Origin: Octopus sinensis
Taxonomy: Eukaryota
DNA length: 64,000 bases
Direction of reading: 5' to 3'
Assembly: GCF_006345805.1 (NCBI RefSeq)
Contig: NC_043024.1
Location: forward strand, 14,818,001-14,882,000
Of this stretch, positions 61,251-64,000 are shown one piece after another. The notes below the pieces were generated by a model. That model saw only the letters and a program-made list of their open reading frames with translations. It was not told the origin of the DNA and did not search any database. How positions within the stretch are numbered: position 1 is the stretch's first letter; every line of letters begins with the position of its first letter. The position numbers and the translations under genes are program-made.

Positions 61251-61654
61251 CTATTTTCCATTACATTTAAGACAGATTCAACACGGAGGCACTGAAACAG
61301 AAATTTCATTACAGCAAATATTCTGCTCAATACCACAGATTTGCTTTTAGTTATTTGACCTTAACCACTTGGGCATGTCCCTCAGTGGCTGACAATATGT
61401 GCATCTCTGATCATTAGCAGGAGAGCATTATAGCCATGTGTTGAGAGAGATTCTTTGGGGTTTGATTATAGGTAACAAAAGAAAATTTTGGAAGAAATAT
61501 TAGCCATTTTTCATACTTTCAAGGAGTGAGCAAATAGGAAGTAACAGTTGCTACCCAAGGACAAAAATCATGTTACAGAGTATTATTTGGGGTCAAGATT
61601 TTCATTGTGCCAACTGCCAACTGGTCACTGACGCAATTCCACTGTATTTCATAC

Positions 61655-61852
61655 TCCTTTACTTGTTTCAGTCATTTGACTGCGGCCATGCTGGAGCACC
61701 ACCTTTAGTCGAGCAAATCGACCCCGGGACTTATTCTTTGTAAGCCCAGTACTTATTCTATCGGTCTCTATTGCCGAACCGCTAGGTGATGGGGATGTAA
61801 ACACACCAGCATCGGTTGTCAAGCAATGCTAGGGGGACAAACACACAAACAT

Positions 61853-61885
<33 letters not shown>

Positions 61886-62040
61886 ACAGGCTTCTTTCAG
61901 TTTCCGTCTGCCAAACCCACTCACAAGGCATTAGTCGGCCCGGGGCTATAGCAGAAGACACTTGCCCAAGATGCCACGCAGTGGGACTGAACCCAGAACC
62001 ATGTGGCTGGTTAGCAAGCTACTTACCACACAGCCACTGC
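61655..62040 (-). mobile_element. SINE family A
   Basis: Full-length body. Confidence 0.85.
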
Positions 62041-62300
62041 CTTTCATCTTCAACATTTGATTTTCACAACAAAGATGCTTCGTATTTCACAGTTAAAACG
62101 CTTCCCTCTTGTGCGTATTATGCTTTTTAAACTGTTCATTATCAGGCATGGCTGTGTTGTAAGAAGCTTGCTTCCCAACCACATGGTTCCAGGTTCAGTC
62201 CCACTGTGTGGCACTTTGGGCAAGTGTCTTCTGCTATAGCCTCGGGCCGACCAAAGCCTTGTGAGTTGATTTGGTAGATGGAAACTGAAAGAAGCCAATC

Positions 62301-62335
<35 letters not shown>

Positions 62336-63340
62336 TAGATAGATAGATAGATAGATATATAGAGAGAGAGATAGATAGATAGATATTGATGTGTGCATGT
62401 CTTTGTTTCTGTATTTTTCGCCAGACAACTGGTGTTGGTGTGTTTACGTTCTCATAACTTCATTCAGCAAAAGAGGCTGATAGAATAAATATTTGGTTGG
62501 TGTATAATTACTGCGGCTTTTTTCAACAAAAACAATAACATGTAACAAAAACATCTTTAAATGATTATTCCGGAGCATATTGTCTCAGTCTTAGACGCAG
62601 CAAATGATTTTAGCTCAATAGAGGCCATTGATTGGTTAAAATTCGAAAAATTAAACTACATTAAACAAATTACAATTTTCTTAAGAAAGCCAAGAGAAAA
62701 AAATGTTTTATTTTGACACATTCTACCAGTATACGAAGTTTAAAAGTGTTTAGTTAACTAGAAATTGTGTTGAAAACTGGCATTCAAAAGGAAAAGATCC
62801 ATTTATTTTAACACAGAAGTAAACAACGAGACGCACGGAAGCGTGCTACTTGCTGTAAATGGATCGAGGTTAACCATGTAATACAAAAAGAAAATTGTAG
62901 ATAAAATAAATATAAAAGTGAACAATAATCATTGAATACTGAAAAAAAACATTCATCTCCCCTAACCCTTAATAAAATATGGGAAAAGATGGAGATGAAT
63001 GTTTTGAAAACATTCTGAACTATTTTTCAGAATGGTTTACTTTTCAATGAAATATCATTTTGTTATTTTTCATGTTTTTATTCAATTTATCTGCAATTTT
63101 CTTCTTGTATTAGATGGATAACCCACCCTCCATTTACAGCAAGTAGCGCACGTCTTGTTTACCTGTGTGCTAAAATCGACTACTTACAACTAACGCGCTC
63201 GCATGCGCAAATTCGTGACATGCACACTCCCAGAACTCGAATCCACACTTCTACAGTAGTGCCAAATTTTGGAACTGAGTTTGCACCCCCTAAGAAAATT
63301 TTGTTCCCGGGCCACTGTCCAGATGCTTACATTTTTAATA

Positions 63341-64000
63341 TTTTCTGTGAATTTTTCAGGGGTCCAGCTAGTATGTATAAATATATTTTGAAGAATTGGA
63401 AAATTCCACCTATTCCTGTTTTCTGTGAATTCTTCACGGGTCCGGCTAGTATGTATAAATATATTTTGAAGAATTGGAAAATTCCACCTATTCCTGTTTT
63501 CTGTGAATTTTTCACGGGTCCAGCTAGTGTGTATAAATATATTTTGAAGAATGGAAAATTCCACCTATTCTGTTTTCTGTGAATTTTTCACGGGTCCAGC
63601 TAGTATGTATAATATATTTTGAAGAATTGGAAAATTCCGCCTAATCCTCTTTTCTGTGAATTTTTCACGGGTCCAGCTAGTATGTATAAATATATTTTGA
63701 AGAATTGGAAAATTCCACCTATTCCTGTTTTCTGTGAATTTTTCACGGGTCCAGCTAGTATGTATAAATATATTTTGAAGAATTGGAAAATTCCACCTAT
63801 TCCTGTTTTCTGTGAATTTTTCACTGGTCCAGCTAGTATGTATAAATATTTTTGAAGAATTGGAAAATTCCACCTATTCCTGTTTTCTGTGAATTTTTCA
63901 CGGGTCCAGCTAGTATGTATAAATATATTTTGAAGAATTGGAAAATTCCACCTATTCCTGTTTTCTGTGAATTCTTCACGGGTCCGGCTAGTATGTATAA
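63341..64000. repeat. 78-bp satellite, at least 8 units, running off the window end
   Basis: TTTTCTGTGAATTTTTCACGGGTCCAGCTAGTATGTATAAATATATTTTGAAGAATTGGAAAATTCCACCTATTCCTG repeated; 26-aa ORF periodicity. Confidence 0.95.

Noticed and set aside
63190-63873. ORFs with 26-aa repeats
   Set aside because: 78-bp satellite (a multiple of 3) open on both strands.

Overview
AT-rich, repeat-dense eukaryotic genomic DNA, most consistent with a cephalopod (Octopus-like); this is inferred from the SINE families and the HCEICGKSF-type C2H2 zinc-finger arrays, not from a search. Contents: (1) 2750-18437 (+): the last six coding exons of a secreted cysteine-rich SCO-spondin/mucin-like gene (TSP1-TSP1-TIL-VWC-CTCK), plus a probable 3'UTR exon. 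The exons splice in frame and the 5' part lies left of the window. (2) ~19260-26160 (-): a decayed, spliced DUF4806-like gene that the ORF track misses. (3) Two convergent paralogous C2H2-ZNF genes, 38877-39710 (+, 8 fingers) and 52814-54463 (-, 18 fingers), with CpG-rich promoter-like regions upstream. (4) Many tRNA-headed SINEs; RTE, CR1, L1/Tx1-like and Penelope fragments; mariner, piggyBac and hAT relics; MITEs; long palindromes; three tandem repeats (16, 94 and 78 bp). The most unusual observations are two Penelope-type modules with type I hammerhead-like folds and inverted partial termini, one carrying a tRNA-like Pol III head directly upstream of the ribozyme motif (40375-40760). Also notable are a near-perfect 835-bp intronic palindrome and a nest of inverted CpG-rich modules upstream of ZNF1. 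Repeat coordinates are approximate (about +/-10 bp), and family names come from motif recognition only.
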